The position numbers and the translations under genes were made by a program. This document shows, in pieces, positions 1 to 11,400 of a DNA stretch of 64,000 nucleotides (position 1 is its first letter; each line of letters starts with the position of its first letter). Below the pieces are notes generated by a model, which ran no database searches, had not been told where the DNA came from, and saw nothing but the letters and a program-made list of their open reading frames with translations. This DNA comes from an uncultured Flavobacteriales bacterium (lineage in GTDB: Bacteria > Bacteroidota > Bacteroidia > Flavobacteriales_D > CAJJDF01), in contig CAKZNB010000030.1 of NCBI GenBank assembly GCA_937129365.1, positions 9,429-73,428 on the forward strand. Direction: 5' to 3'.

Positions 1-397
1 AAAAAATAGTTCCCACTGATACATTCACATCAATGTTTGAAGAACCATCAAGTGGATCCATCGCTACTACATAATTCCCATTCATTGACTCTCCATCAAA
101 AGCTACATAATCATCATCCTCTTCGGATGCAATTCCACAAATTACGCCTCTATTTTTTAGAGCTTTAATAAACACATCATTAGCATACAAATCTAATTTT
201 TGTTGCTCTTCACCCTGAATATTTTCAGTTCCAACCGCACCCAAAATATGCTCAGCCAATCCAGCTTTGTTTATTTCATGATGAACTATTTTTGAAGCTA
301 ACCTTATTGAACTCAAAATACTAGATAGTTCTCCAGTTGCATATTTAAAATCTTTTTGATTCTCTATGATAAATTCGCCAAGGGTAAATGATTTCAT
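1..397 (-). CDS. fbp: fructose-1,6-bisphosphatase class 1, N-terminal part (gene continues beyond left edge)
   Basis: Absent from the ORF track because it is truncated. My reverse-strand translation from ATG (397..395) reads [100 protein letters not shown]...[21 protein letters not shown], including the DPLDGSSN metal-site motif of class I FBPase. Confidence 0.85.
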   Translation of the reverse strand, partial: MKSFTLGEFIIENQKDFKYATGELSSILSSIRLASKIVHHEINKAGLAEHILGAVGTENIQGEEQQKLDLYANDVFIKALKNRGVICGIASEEDDDYVAFDGESMNGNYVVAMDPLDGSSNIDVNVSVGTIF

Positions 398-516
398 GTG
401 TCTTTTTTATGTTAGTTCGTAAAAATACGGTTATTAACCGATTGTAAAAAATATAGCTCATTAGATTTTACTTTGTCTTTGGGTTTAGGTAATTTTAAAG
501 AGAAGATTCATAAATA

Positions 517-996
517 ATGAAAAGAGTATTTTTAGGTAAAAAGCCTGATGAAGTTAGATTTGCAATTGTCTCAATAATTTTTGCTTTTTTACAAGGAATA
601 ATTGCATACTTAATACCCATAGCTGCAGAACATATTTGTTTTTTTATTTCGGCTCCTTTAGCAATCATTTTACCTAGTTATTTTCTTTGGAAAGTGACTT
701 TTAAATCAAAAAAAAATTACAATTTAGGTAATGTTTTTATAGTTAGTTTCTTTCTGACATTATTTAGTCATTATTTAAACTTTGTCTTTTTAGGTTTGGG
801 TAGATTAATTTGTTATAACTTGACCGGAAATTGCACCGATTTTATTGGAGAAGTAGAATCTCTTTTTGAAACTGTTACATATCTCAGTTTTTTTAGAACA
901 GCTATTTCTTTATATTATTGGGGTTTAATTACTTTAATAGTTAATATTTTGATAGGATTATATATATTGAGAACATCTAAAGTAAATTACATCTAA
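517..996 (+). CDS. hypothetical polytopic membrane protein
   Basis: 159-aa ORF with about 4 hydrophobic segments. No recognisable motif. Confidence 0.45.
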   Translation: MKRVFLGKKPDEVRFAIVSIIFAFLQGIIAYLIPIAAEHICFFISAPLAIILPSYFLWKVTFKSKKNYNLGNVFIVSFFLTLFSHYLNFVFLGLGRLICYNLTGNCTDFIGEVESLFETVTYLSFFRTAISLYYWGLITLIVNILIGLYILRTSKVNYI

Positions 997-1011
997 ATTT
1001 TTATAAAAATT

Positions 1012-2385
1012 ATGTCAACAATAAAAGAATATTTAAACGATAATAAGGATCAATTATTAGGAGAATTAATTGATTTATTAAAAATACCTTCGGTAAGTGC
1101 AGACCCTGCTTATAAAGCTGAGGTGGATAGGTGTGCGGAGCATGTAAAACAAAGCTTGATAAATGCTGGAGCAGATAATGCAGAAATTTGCGAAACTGCT
1201 GGTCATCCAATTGTGTATGCAGAAAAAATTATTGACCCAGCTTTGCCAACTGTATTAGTTTATGGTCATTACGATGTTCAGCCAGCTGATCCAATCGAAT
1301 TATGGACAAGTCCTCCGTTTGAACCTGTAATCAAGGATGGTTATATTTACGCAAGAGGTTCTGCTGATGACAAAGGGCAGTTTTATATGCATGTAAAAGC
1401 CTTTGAATACATGATGAAAACCGATTCTCTGCCTTGTAATGCCAAGTTTATGATTGAAGGGGAAGAAGAAGTAGGTTCGGAGAATTTGGGAATTTTTGTG
1501 AAAGCAAACAAAGAAAAATTGAAAGCAGACACGATTGTAATTTCTGACACTTCAATGATTTCTAATGAGAATCCATCAATTTCTGTAGGGCTGAGAGGAT
1601 TAAGTTATTTGGAAGTTGAGGTAACGGGGCCAAACCGCGATTTACACTCAGGACTGTATGGTGGGGCAGTAGGAAACCCAATTAATATTTTGTGTAATAT
1701 GATAGCTTCGTTAACCGATGAAAACAATCACATTACAATTCCAGGATTTTATGATAATGTTAATGTAGTTTCGGATGAAGACAGAGCTGAGTTGGCTCGT
1801 GCACCATTTAATCAAGAAGATTATAATCAAGAACTTAACATCAAAGCAGGATTTGGAGAAAAAGGATATTCTACCAATGAGAGAACTTCTATCCGTCCAA
1901 CATTGGATGTAAATGGAATTTGGGGAGGATATATTGGGGAGGGAGCAAAAACAGTATTGCCATCAAAAGCTTATGCTAAAATTTCTATGAGATTAGTTCC
2001 AAACCAAAGTTCTGAAGAGATTACGGAAAAGTTTCAAAATCACTTTGAATCCATCGCACCAGATGCAGTTAGAGTTTTAGTAAAACCACATCATGGAGGA
2101 GAACCATTTTTAATTCCTACAGATTTTGCTGCTTATCAAGCTGCAAGCAAAGCAATGGAAACTACATTTGGAGTAACTCCAATCCCAGTACGAAGTGGAG
2201 GAAGTATTCCCATCACCTCAATGTTTGAAGCTGAGTTAGGGCTTAAATCTGTACTTATGGGATTTGGATTAGCCACTGACGATATTCATTCACCAGACGA
2301 GCATTATGGAATTTTTAATTATCTGAAAGGAATTGAAACGATACCTTATTTCTATCAGTATTTTACTGAGGAGTTTAATAAGTAA
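1012..2385 (+). CDS. M20 family metallopeptidase / dipeptidase (ArgE/DapE/CPG2-like)
   Basis: 457 aa. VLVYGHYDVQPADP...WTSPPFEP...GYIYARGSADDKGQ and EGEEEVGS metal-ligand motifs typical of M20 peptidases. Confidence 0.8.
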   Translation: MSTIKEYLNDNKDQLLGELIDLLKIPSVSADPAYKAEVDRCAEHVKQSLINAGADNAEICETAGHPIVYAEKIIDPALPTVLVYGHYDVQPADPIELWTSPPFEPVIKDGYIYARGSADDKGQFYMHVKAFEYMMKTDSLPCNAKFMIEGEEEVGSENLGIFVKANKEKLKADTIVISDTSMISNENPSISVGLRGLSYLEVEVTGPNRDLHSGLYGGAVGNPINILCNMIASLTDENNHITIPGFYDNVNVVSDEDRAELARAPFNQEDYNQELNIKAGFGEKGYSTNERTSIRPTLDVNGIWGGYIGEGAKTVLPSKAYAKISMRLVPNQSSEEITEKFQNHFESIAPDAVRVLVKPHHGGEPFLIPTDFAAYQAASKAMETTFGVTPIPVRSGGSIPITSMFEAELGLKSVLMGFGLATDDIHSPDEHYGIFNYLKGIETIPYFYQYFTEEFNK

Positions 2386-2396
2386 TTTAAGTATTT

Positions 2397-2432
2397 AAAA
2401 AAAAGGATTGGTATAGTGCCAATCCTTTTTTT
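2397..2432. terminator. bidirectional rho-independent terminator between convergent genes
   Basis: Stem aaggattgg (2403-2411) / ccaatcctt (2419-2427), 7-nt loop, A-run upstream and T-run downstream. Confidence 0.7.
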
Positions 2433-2454
2433 CTTCTCAATAATAGTTTAGTGA

Positions 2455-3198
2455 TTAGAAAAAGTCTACTTTTCCGCTGTCCATATCATATACAGCACCT
2501 ACAATTTTAATTTCTCCATTATCTTCCATTTCTTTTAAAATTGGACTTTGTTTTCTTATTTCGTTCATAGTATTTTTTACATTGCTTTCGCATGCCATAT
2601 GAACGAATTCTTTATTTTTAGAAGTTCTGTCTCCTTCATATTCCACTGAAAGTACTGCAGGTCTTATTTTCTCGAGCATTGCTGTTATGTTTCCTAATTT
2701 TACATCATCCACAGCAGCTTTTACAGCTCCGCAATGCTCATGACCCATCACTAGTATTATTTTTGACCCTGATACTTTACAGGCAAATTCCATACTCCCG
2801 AGTATATCTTCGTTTACAAAGTTTCCTGCAACACGAGCAACAAAGATATCTCCAATCCCTCTGTCAAATACATCTTCAACAGGAACACGACTGTCTACAC
2901 AAGACAATACAATGGCTTTAGGGAATTGTCCGTTAGTTGTTTTTCTTACTTGTTCCGAGTGATCTCTAGCCGTCAAATCATTATTTTGGAACCTTTCATT
3001 TCCATCTTTAAATGATGCTACAACATCATCAGGAGTTAATGCATCTCGTTGTTCTTTTGTTAATACTTCCTGCACTAAACCAGTGATTTCTTTTTCTACT
3101 TCTACTGTAGTAGTTTCTACTTTTTCTTCGGCAGGAGTATTGCAACTCATTAAAAATGTTGCTAATCCTATTGCTGTGACGATTGTTTTTGTTTTCAT
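2455..3198 (-). CDS. beta-class carbonic anhydrase, lipoprotein-type signal
   Basis: SCVDSRVP and GHEHCGAVKAA zinc-ligand motifs. N-terminus MKTKTIVTAIGLATFLMSC resembles a lipobox. Confidence 0.85.
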   Translation of the reverse strand: MKTKTIVTAIGLATFLMSCNTPAEEKVETTTVEVEKEITGLVQEVLTKEQRDALTPDDVVASFKDGNERFQNNDLTARDHSEQVRKTTNGQFPKAIVLSCVDSRVPVEDVFDRGIGDIFVARVAGNFVNEDILGSMEFACKVSGSKIILVMGHEHCGAVKAAVDDVKLGNITAMLEKIRPAVLSVEYEGDRTSKNKEFVHMACESNVKNTMNEIRKQSPILKEMEDNGEIKIVGAVYDMDSGKVDFF

Positions 3199-3214
3199 GG
3201 TTTTATTTTTTTAG

Positions 3215-3865
3215 TTAAAAGTTTATTATTCCTATTAAGTTTATTTGGTCTCTTGACCCTTGATTAAATAATTGATTCATGTATCCAATTTCAAAGTTTA
3301 TCTTTTTGGTTAATTTGTATCCCAGACCTGCATATATTCTATTACGGTCAAATAACCCACCTCGATCATTGATGAAAATTTCATTGTAAGCAGATAGATA
3401 AAGCGTTTTTGGAACGAGTGTTTTGTTGGTTAATGCTACGTTCATAGATAAAAAGTACCTGAACCTCATCTTAAAATCAGATTCTAAAAATCTTTGTTCG
3501 AATCGGTATCTATGTTGAAAGCTAATGCGACTAAATGATTGACGAGTAATGAATTGTTGAAAAATTCTATGCTCATTGTTTCCAGCTTTTAGTTCTGGAG
3601 CTATATAATTTTCACTTCTTATGAAACCATATCCTAATAATAAATTATTATTGTTTGGTGTTAGATTATATCCAATTCCTGTTCTCAATAGCAATTGTTC
3701 CATATCTCCAATAGCATTATAATTACGATATTGAACTTCGTTGTGAATGTTCCAGTTAGAATTTAGTTTTTTATTTCCTAAATACATAAACCAGTTCCCC
3801 AGATTACTTTCTTGACCAAAGCTTACAATTGGTATAAGTGTGAGTATAATTATCCATTTTTTCAT
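3215..3865 (-). CDS. DUF2490-like outer-membrane beta-barrel protein
   Basis: Signal peptide MKKWIIILTLIPIVSFGQ, alternating beta-strand pattern, C-terminal F. I place the start at the ATG at 3865 rather than the track's TTG at 3871. It lies 16 nt upstream of the carbonic anhydrase gene, so the two are a likely operon. Confidence 0.55.
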   Translation of the reverse strand: MKKWIIILTLIPIVSFGQESNLGNWFMYLGNKKLNSNWNIHNEVQYRNYNAIGDMEQLLLRTGIGYNLTPNNNNLLLGYGFIRSENYIAPELKAGNNEHRIFQQFITRQSFSRISFQHRYRFEQRFLESDFKMRFRYFLSMNVALTNKTLVPKTLYLSAYNEIFINDRGGLFDRNRIYAGLGYKLTKKINFEIGYMNQLFNQGSRDQINLIGIINF

Positions 3866-3885
3866 GCACAATTATACGACAAAAT

Positions 3886-3914
3886 GTTTATATGATAGTA
3901 ATACTATCATATAA
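3886..3914. promoter_or_regulatory. perfect 29-bp palindrome (14-bp arms, 1-nt centre), candidate operator or hairpin
   Basis: tttatatgatagta-a-tactatcatataaa. It sits 21 nt upstream of the DUF2490 ATG. The half-site aatactatc recurs at 3920-3928, 21 nt from the copy at 3899-3907. Confidence 0.45.
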
Positions 3915-4015
3915 ATATGCAATACTATCTATTAATATTATTTATGTAAAATTATTTTTATATAAATAATCAAAATAGAATACTGAATTATAGATGTTTG
4001 TATTAGTTTTAAAAA

Positions 4016-4522
4016 TTAATACTCCCAACTTTTATATTCCTCATTCTTCTCTTTTTCCTCATTATAAATCCAAACCATACGATCTAAGAACCACATTTTC
4101 CCTAACATAACTAAAATGATTCCCAGAATTGTACTCCAGATATGTAGGTTATACAATCCATAAATGTAAAATGGTAGACCAAGAAAACTAATAGTATTGA
4201 GTATCATAATCATGGTTAAATGATGCTGAGGAAGGGGATGTTCTTTTCTGTTTATCCAAACTCTTTCCCCAAACACAGCTCTTGATGTCCAGTTTTTTGT
4301 TGATTTTGGTGGCGGAAATACTCTTGGGTTTATAAATGTCCAGAATAAAACAATTCCAATTGGAATTAATGAATAATAGCCAATCCAGTCTCTACTCCAT
4401 ATTGCAACTGCAAGAAAAATAATGATAGGGACTCGTGTCCAGGCACTCCAAGGATTGGAATGTCGCATCCAGTTTTTGTCATTTAACTTAAATAATTTGG
4501 CAATTTTTGCTTCTGCAGACAT
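4016..4522 (-). CDS. small polytopic membrane protein (possibly DUF6653-like), unknown function
   Basis: 168 aa, about 4 hydrophobic segments, N-terminal MRHSNPWSAWTR motif. It starts 23 nt downstream of the CPBP gene on the same strand. Confidence 0.5.
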   Translation of the reverse strand: MSAEAKIAKLFKLNDKNWMRHSNPWSAWTRVPIIIFLAVAIWSRDWIGYYSLIPIGIVLFWTFINPRVFPPPKSTKNWTSRAVFGERVWINRKEHPLPQHHLTMIMILNTISFLGLPFYIYGLYNLHIWSTILGIILVMLGKMWFLDRMVWIYNEEKEKNEEYKSWEY

Positions 4523-4545
4523 AGTGAATTTTCTTTAACTTAAAG

Positions 4546-5478
4546 TTACTTCATAAAAGCGAAAGCTACAAACTCCATGGTCCAAGCTACTCCAAGATGA
4601 ACGATAAGTCCACCGTAGATATTTCGAGATTTGTAGGCTAAAATTCCTAATGCAAATCCACCAAAAATAGAACCGATTGTTTCCATCATAGGCTTGCCAA
4701 AATGTAGAAATACATAGCAACACACCATTGGAAGGATAGCATGTTTCCCAACAAATTTTGATAAGGCAACTACCATAAATCCTCTAAAAAGTAATTCTAC
4801 AGAAATGAAGTCAAATCCATAAAAAAACTCATAAATAATGATTTTTATCCAGTTCGAATAAGGAAAAGTAGAGGCTGAGGTGGCATTATAAGTAGGATAG
4901 TAGGCAAGTAAATCTCCGTCAAATAAAGAAGCAACAACCACAACTGGAACCATCAATGCTATAAGCCATAAATAAGGCTTGATATTGGCTCCACTTAACC
5001 TTAGCCCATAAAGCTCAGGCTTGAATTTTTTTACAAAAATATATACGATAAAACACGGAATAATAATAGTGAAAAGGCTTATTCCATTTGCCATTAGCTT
5101 GTAAACATAATTATAACCAGGTTGCTCTATTGAGATTAGTTGTCGTCCGTATTTTATTAAATAATAGGAAGAATCTATTGTGACAAATAATAATCCTAAT
5201 AATCCAAGTAAGATATAAGAAGTTGTAAAATTAGCATGATTTTCTTTTTTAAAAACACTCAATATCAGAATTGGAATAAGAAACGCAAAAGCAAACATAC
5301 CCCAAAGTTTTAAAGCTCCAACTTCACTATAGTTTGATACTCTGAAGTGTTTTGGATAAATATCAAAAGTGTAATTAAGAGTAATAGATATTCCTATAAA
5401 TAATAGAATTACAAGATGACTGATAAGATGAAATTCTTTGGTAAAATGATCTCTGAAATAGCCAATAAATATTTTCAT
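4546..5478 (-). CDS. CPBP (CAAX protease / bacteriocin-processing, Abi) family intramembrane protease homologue
   Basis: 310 aa, polytopic. Motif 1 SVELLFRGF (family consensus EExxxR), motif 2 YVFLHFG, motif 3 region IVHLGVAW. The ATG is 1 nt after the stop of the giant ORF. Confidence 0.65.
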   Translation of the reverse strand: MKIFIGYFRDHFTKEFHLISHLVILLFIGISITLNYTFDIYPKHFRVSNYSEVGALKLWGMFAFAFLIPILILSVFKKENHANFTTSYILLGLLGLLFVTIDSSYYLIKYGRQLISIEQPGYNYVYKLMANGISLFTIIIPCFIVYIFVKKFKPELYGLRLSGANIKPYLWLIALMVPVVVVASLFDGDLLAYYPTYNATSASTFPYSNWIKIIIYEFFYGFDFISVELLFRGFMVVALSKFVGKHAILPMVCCYVFLHFGKPMMETIGSIFGGFALGILAYKSRNIYGGLIVHLGVAWTMEFVAFAFMK

Positions 5479-5479
5479 A

Positions 5480-8400
5480 TTATCTTACTAATGTTACATC
5501 TCCTTTTCTTATAATTTCACCAAATTGCTCAGTGTCTGCTATGAAATAATAAACGTAGACCCCTTCGTTTGCTTTTTTGCCTCTAAAAGTTCCATCCCAT
5601 CCATTGGCAGGATCATTTGTTTCAAACACTTTTTCTCCCCATCTGTTATATACGATGAATTGGAATGATTTAAAGTTTCTTCCATAAACGTAAAGTAAAT
5701 CATTTTTTCCATCTCCATTTGGTGAGAATATTTGTGGTATTGAAGCATTAACTCTACACCCAATCATTAAATCAAAATTACAGGTTGACGAATTCATTTC
5801 CTTATCAGTTGCAGTGATTGAAACACTTAATGTGTTTACATCATTTACCTCAGTAGAATAATCAATAACAGTTCCTGGAGTTGGTGACTGTGTATATTCT
5901 ATTGAGTCTGCATCTGTACAGTTATCATAGGTATTTAATATGCTTGAATAATCAGGTACAACAAATCGACAATCATTTAATAATGTAGTATCAATTACCA
6001 ATGGCGGACAAGTTACTCTTGGAGATATATCGTCAATTACCGTTACAGTTCCTGTACAGGTAGAAATATTTCCAGAAACATCGGTAACAGTAAGTGTAAT
6101 TGTATTTGCCCCAATTTCGACACAATTAAATGTTGATTTATTTATCGTTACTGATTGTATTCCACAATTATCTGTAGAACCGTTATTTATATCACTTACC
6201 ATGATAGCTGCAAATCCAAACGAATCTAAAAATACAGTTGTATTCATACAAATTGCTGTTGGCGGAACTGTATCAAGCACAGTTACATTTGCTCTGCAAG
6301 AGTCTAAATTTCCGCTTGGGTCATAAGCAGTTATTAGTACTGAATTGCTTCCTGTGTCTAAGCAATTGAAGGATGATTGAGATAAGGTTGTGTACTTCAC
6401 TAAACAATTATCTGTAAATGACTGAAGGATGAAACTGGAATCAATCGAGACATTCCCAGAAGCATCAAGATAGATTGTTGTGTCTTTACAAACTATAACT
6501 GGAGCAATTGTATCGAATACCGTTACTGTTGCCATACATGAATCTAAGTTTCCGTTTATATCTTGAACATATACCCAAACTGAGTTAGCACCAGTATCAA
6601 GACAAGTAAATAAAGTATCAGAAACATACACAGTATCAACTGTACAATTTGATGTAAAACTTGATAATACAAATGAGGTATCAATTATTGAAACTCCCGC
6701 AGAGTTTAAGTATACTGTTGCATTATTACATACAACTAAGGGTTTTAAAGTATCTCTTACAAATATTCCTGCCTGACATGAATCAATATTTCCATTTATA
6801 TCTTCGATAAATACAGTCAAAAAGTTTAATCCAGTATCTCCACAAGAGAAATTAGAATTAGATAAATAAATGGTGTCAACAGAACAATTATCAGAGAATG
6901 AAGCCACAACATTTGAAGTGTCAATAATCGCATTCCCTGTTCCGTCAAGATATACAACATCATTTTTACAAACCACCACAGGATTAATGGTGTCAAGTAC
7001 TCTAATATTTGTTTGGCATGAATCTAAATTTCCGCTTCCGTCAACAATGTATACTGTAACAGAGTTATTTCCTGTGTCAATACAAGTAAAATTACTAGTT
7101 GATAAGTAAAGTGTATCTACAGTACAATTATCAAAGAATGACGAGACAACATTAGAAGTATCTATAGAGATATTTCCAGTTGTATTCAGGTATATTGTAT
7201 CTGCTTTACAAATTACAACAGGGTTGATTGTATCAAGAACTCTTACGTTTGAAATACAGGAATCAATATTTCCATTAACATCCATTGCATAAATAGTTAC
7301 CGAGTTATTTCCGGTATCAGTACAAGTGAATGAATTATTAGAAATATAGACTGAATCAATTCCGCAAATATCAGTAGCTGAAACTAAGATGAAAGAAGTA
7401 TCGATTGTAGCTGAACCTAATGCATCTAAATAAATGGTTGTGTCTTTACAAACTGCCATTGGATTAATAGTATCAATTAGAGTTATTGTTGCTATACAAG
7501 AATCCAAGTTTCCGTTTACATCCGTTACATAAATAGTTACTTGATTATTTCCTGTATCAATACAGTTGAACGTATTATTAGAAATATACACTGAATCAAT
7601 CCCACAGATATCCGTTGCAGAAACTAGGATGAAAGAGGTATCAATAGTTGCCAAACCTGCTCCATTGAGATAGATGGTTGTGTCTTTACAAACTAATATT
7701 GGATTTATTGTATCAAGAACAGTTATAGTTGCAATACAAGAGTCTAAGTTACCATTAACATCAGTAGCATAAATAGTTACTTGATTAGTTCCAGTATCAA
7801 TACAACTGAATGAGTTATTAGAGATATACACAGAATCAATTCCGCAAATATCTGTTACAGAAACCAAAATAAATGAAGTGTCAATAGTTGTCCCTCCAAT
7901 TGCATCTAAATAAATCGTTGTGTCTTTACAAATCACCAATGGATTTATTGTATCCACAACAGTTACAGTTGCAATACACGAATCTATTTCACCATTTACA
8001 TCCGTTACATATATTGTTACTTGATTAGTGCCAGTATCAATGCAATTGAAAGTACTGTTAGAGATATACACTGAGTCAATTCCACAAACATCTGTTACAG
8101 AAACTAAAATAAACGAAGTGTCAATAGTGGCAGACCCTGTTGCATTTAAGAAAATAGTTGTGTCTTTACATACTACTACTGGATTGATAGTATCTATTAC
8201 AGTAACTGTTGCTGTACACGAATCTAGATTTCCGTTTACATCAGTTACATAAATTGTTACAGAGTTTGTTCCCGTATCAATACAACTGAATGAATTGTTA
8301 GAAATATACACAGAGTCAATTCCGCAAATATCAGTTGTAGAAACTAAGATAAATGAGGTATCAATATTAGCAGAACCAGTTAGAGCGTCTAAATAAATAG

Positions 8401-11400
8401 TTGTGTCTTTACATATCAATAATGGGTTGATTGTATCGAGAACAGTTACAGTTGAGATGCAAGAATCAATATTTCCATTTATATCTGTTACATAAATTGT
8501 TACAGAATTAGCTCCTGTATCAATACAATTGAACGTATTGTTAGAAATGTACACCGAATCAATTCCACAGACATCCGTTACAGACATCAAAATATACGAA
8601 GTGTCAATAGTTGTTGAGCCAGTTCCATCCAGATAGATAGTAGTGTCTTTGCAGGTTACAATTGGTTTTATTGTATCAATAACTGTTATATTAGCAACAC
8701 ATGAATCTAAGTTTCCATTAACATCAGTTGCATAAACAGTCACAGAATTTGTTCCCGTATCTCCACATGTAAATGAATTATTAGAAATATACACCGAATC
8801 AATTCCACAAATATCTACAGCAGTTACTAATATGTAAGAGGTGTCAATTGTAGCTGAACCCGTTGCATCTAAATAAATGGTTGTATCATTACAAATAACA
8901 ATTGGTTTAACGGTATCAATAACTGTTACAATTGATAAACAAGAATCTAAATTTCCGTTTACATCGGTTACATAAACAGTTACTTGATTAGCTCCCGTAT
9001 CAATACAGTTGAATGAATTATTAGAAATATACACTGAATCAATTCCGCATATATCCGTTCCAGAAACTAAGATAAAAGAAGTGTCAATTGTAGCAGTTCC
9101 GGCTGTATTTAAATAGATAGTAGTGTCTTTGCAAACAACATCAGGTCTTATTGTGTCGAGAACAGTAACAGTTGAAATACAAGAATCCAGGTTTCCGTTT
9201 ACATCCGTTACATAAATTGTTACTTGATTATTTCCTGTATCAATACAGTTGAAAGTAGTGTTAGAAATATACACCGAGTCAATTCCACAAACATCTGTTG
9301 CAGAAATTAGGATGAAAGAAGTATCTATTGTCGCAGAACCAGTTGCATCCAAATAAATAGTAGTGTCTTTACAAACCACAGTAGGGTTAACCGTATCTAA
9401 AACAGTAACAGTTGAAATACAAGAGTCTAAGTTTCCATTTACATCCAGCACATAAATAGTTACTTGATTAGTTCCAGTATCAATACAAGTGAATGAATTA
9501 TTATAAACATAAACTGAGTCAATTCCACAAATATCCGTTGCAGAAATTAGGATGAAAGAAGTGTCAATTGTTGCGGTTCCAGCTGTATTTAGAAAGATGG
9601 TTGTGTCTTTACAAACAACTAATGGGTTTATTGTATCTACTAAATATACTCTTGAAATACAGGAATCAATATTTCCATTTATATCTCTTGAATAAACCGT
9701 AATTAGATTAGCTCCAGTATCTACACAATTTAATGAGTTAGATGATAGATAAACTGAATCAATCCCACAAGCATCATTTGTTGAAATTAAAATCATAGAA
9801 GTATCAAGACTTATAGTTCCGCTGTTGTTGAGGTATAATAGAGTGTCTTTACAAATTACTATTGGATTTACTGTATCAATTACTGTTACTATAGAAATAC
9901 ATGAATCCAAATTTCCACTTAAATCTAAAGTGTAAATTGTTACAGTATTTGGTCCAATCTCATTACAAGTAAATGAATTAGTTGAAATATACACCGAATC
10001 GATACCACAAGCGTCTGCTATGGATACTAAAATAAACGAAGTGTCAATGGTAACATTACCAGTTACATCCAGATAGATAGAAGTGTCTTTACAAGTAATG
10101 ATTGAGTTTATTGTGTCTAATACAGTAACTGTTGAGATACAAGAATCAATATTTCCATTTACATCAGTTACATAAACCGTAACTGAATTAATTCCAGTAT
10201 CAGAGCAACTAAATAAATTATTCGAAATATAAACTGAGTCAATCGCACAGGTACTATTTGCTGAAACCAATACAAATGAGGTGTCAATTGCAGCAGAACC
10301 AGTTGAACTAAGATAAATTGTTGTGTCTTTACAAGTAACAATTGGTTTAATTGTATCGAGAACAGTTATAGTAGAAATACAAGAATCCAAGTTTCCATTT
10401 ATGTCTGTTACATAAATTGTCACAGAATTAGTTCCGGTATCAATACAATTAAAAATATTATTAGAAATATACACCGAGTCAATTCCACAAATATCGGTAG
10501 CAGAAACTAAGATGAAAGAAGTATCAATTGTCACAGAACCTGTTGCATCTAAATAAATTGTTGTGTCTTTACAAGTAACAATTGGTTTAATTGTATCCAA
10601 AATAGTAATTGTTGAGATGCAAGAATCAATATTTCCGTTGACATCCGTTACATAGATTGTAACTGAATTAGTACCTGTATCAGAACAAGTAAATGAATTA
10701 TTAGATATAAAAACCGAGTCAATTCCGCAAACATCAGTTGTAGAAACTAAGATAAATGAAGTGTCAATAGTTGCTGAACCAATCGCGTCTAAATAGATAG
10801 TTGTGTCTTTGCAAACTACCATGGGATTAATTGTATCGAGAACAGTTACTATTGAGATACAAGAATCCAAATTTCCATTTACATCCGTTATGTAAATAGT
10901 TACAGAGTTAGCTCCCGTATCAATACAATTGAATAAGTTATCTGATATGTAAACGGTATCAATTCCGCAAATATCTGATGCTGAAACCAATACAAATGAA
11001 GTATCAATTGTAGCAGAACCAGTTGCATCCAAATAGATAGTTGTGTCTTTACAAATTACCAAAGGATTGATAGTGTCTAGGACAGTTACCGTTGAGATAC
11101 AAGAATCTAAATTTCCGTTAACATCTTGGACATAAATCGTTACTTGGTTACTCCCAGTATCAATACAACTGAAAATATTATTAGAAATGTAAACCGAATC
11201 AATTCCACAAATATCTGAAACAGAAGTTAAGATAAACGAAGTGTCAATTGTAAACGAACCAGTTGCATCCAAATATATTGTTGTATCATTACAGATAACA
11301 GTTGGATTAATGGTGTCAATCACAGTTACAATTGAAACACAAGAATCAATATTTCCATTCACATCCACAGCATAAATTGTAACAGAATTATTTCCAGTAT

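Noticed and set aside
2679-2921. 80-aa plus-strand ORF.
   Set aside because: It is antisense to the carbonic anhydrase gene, which has clear catalytic motifs. The composition is low-complexity.
4016-4522. Idea that the 168-aa membrane protein is an isoprenylcysteine carboxyl methyltransferase, which would pair with the CPBP homologue as a CAAX-processing pathway.
   Set aside because: The protein lacks the RHPxY...EE signature of ICMT/Ste14-type enzymes. The similarity is limited to size and topology.
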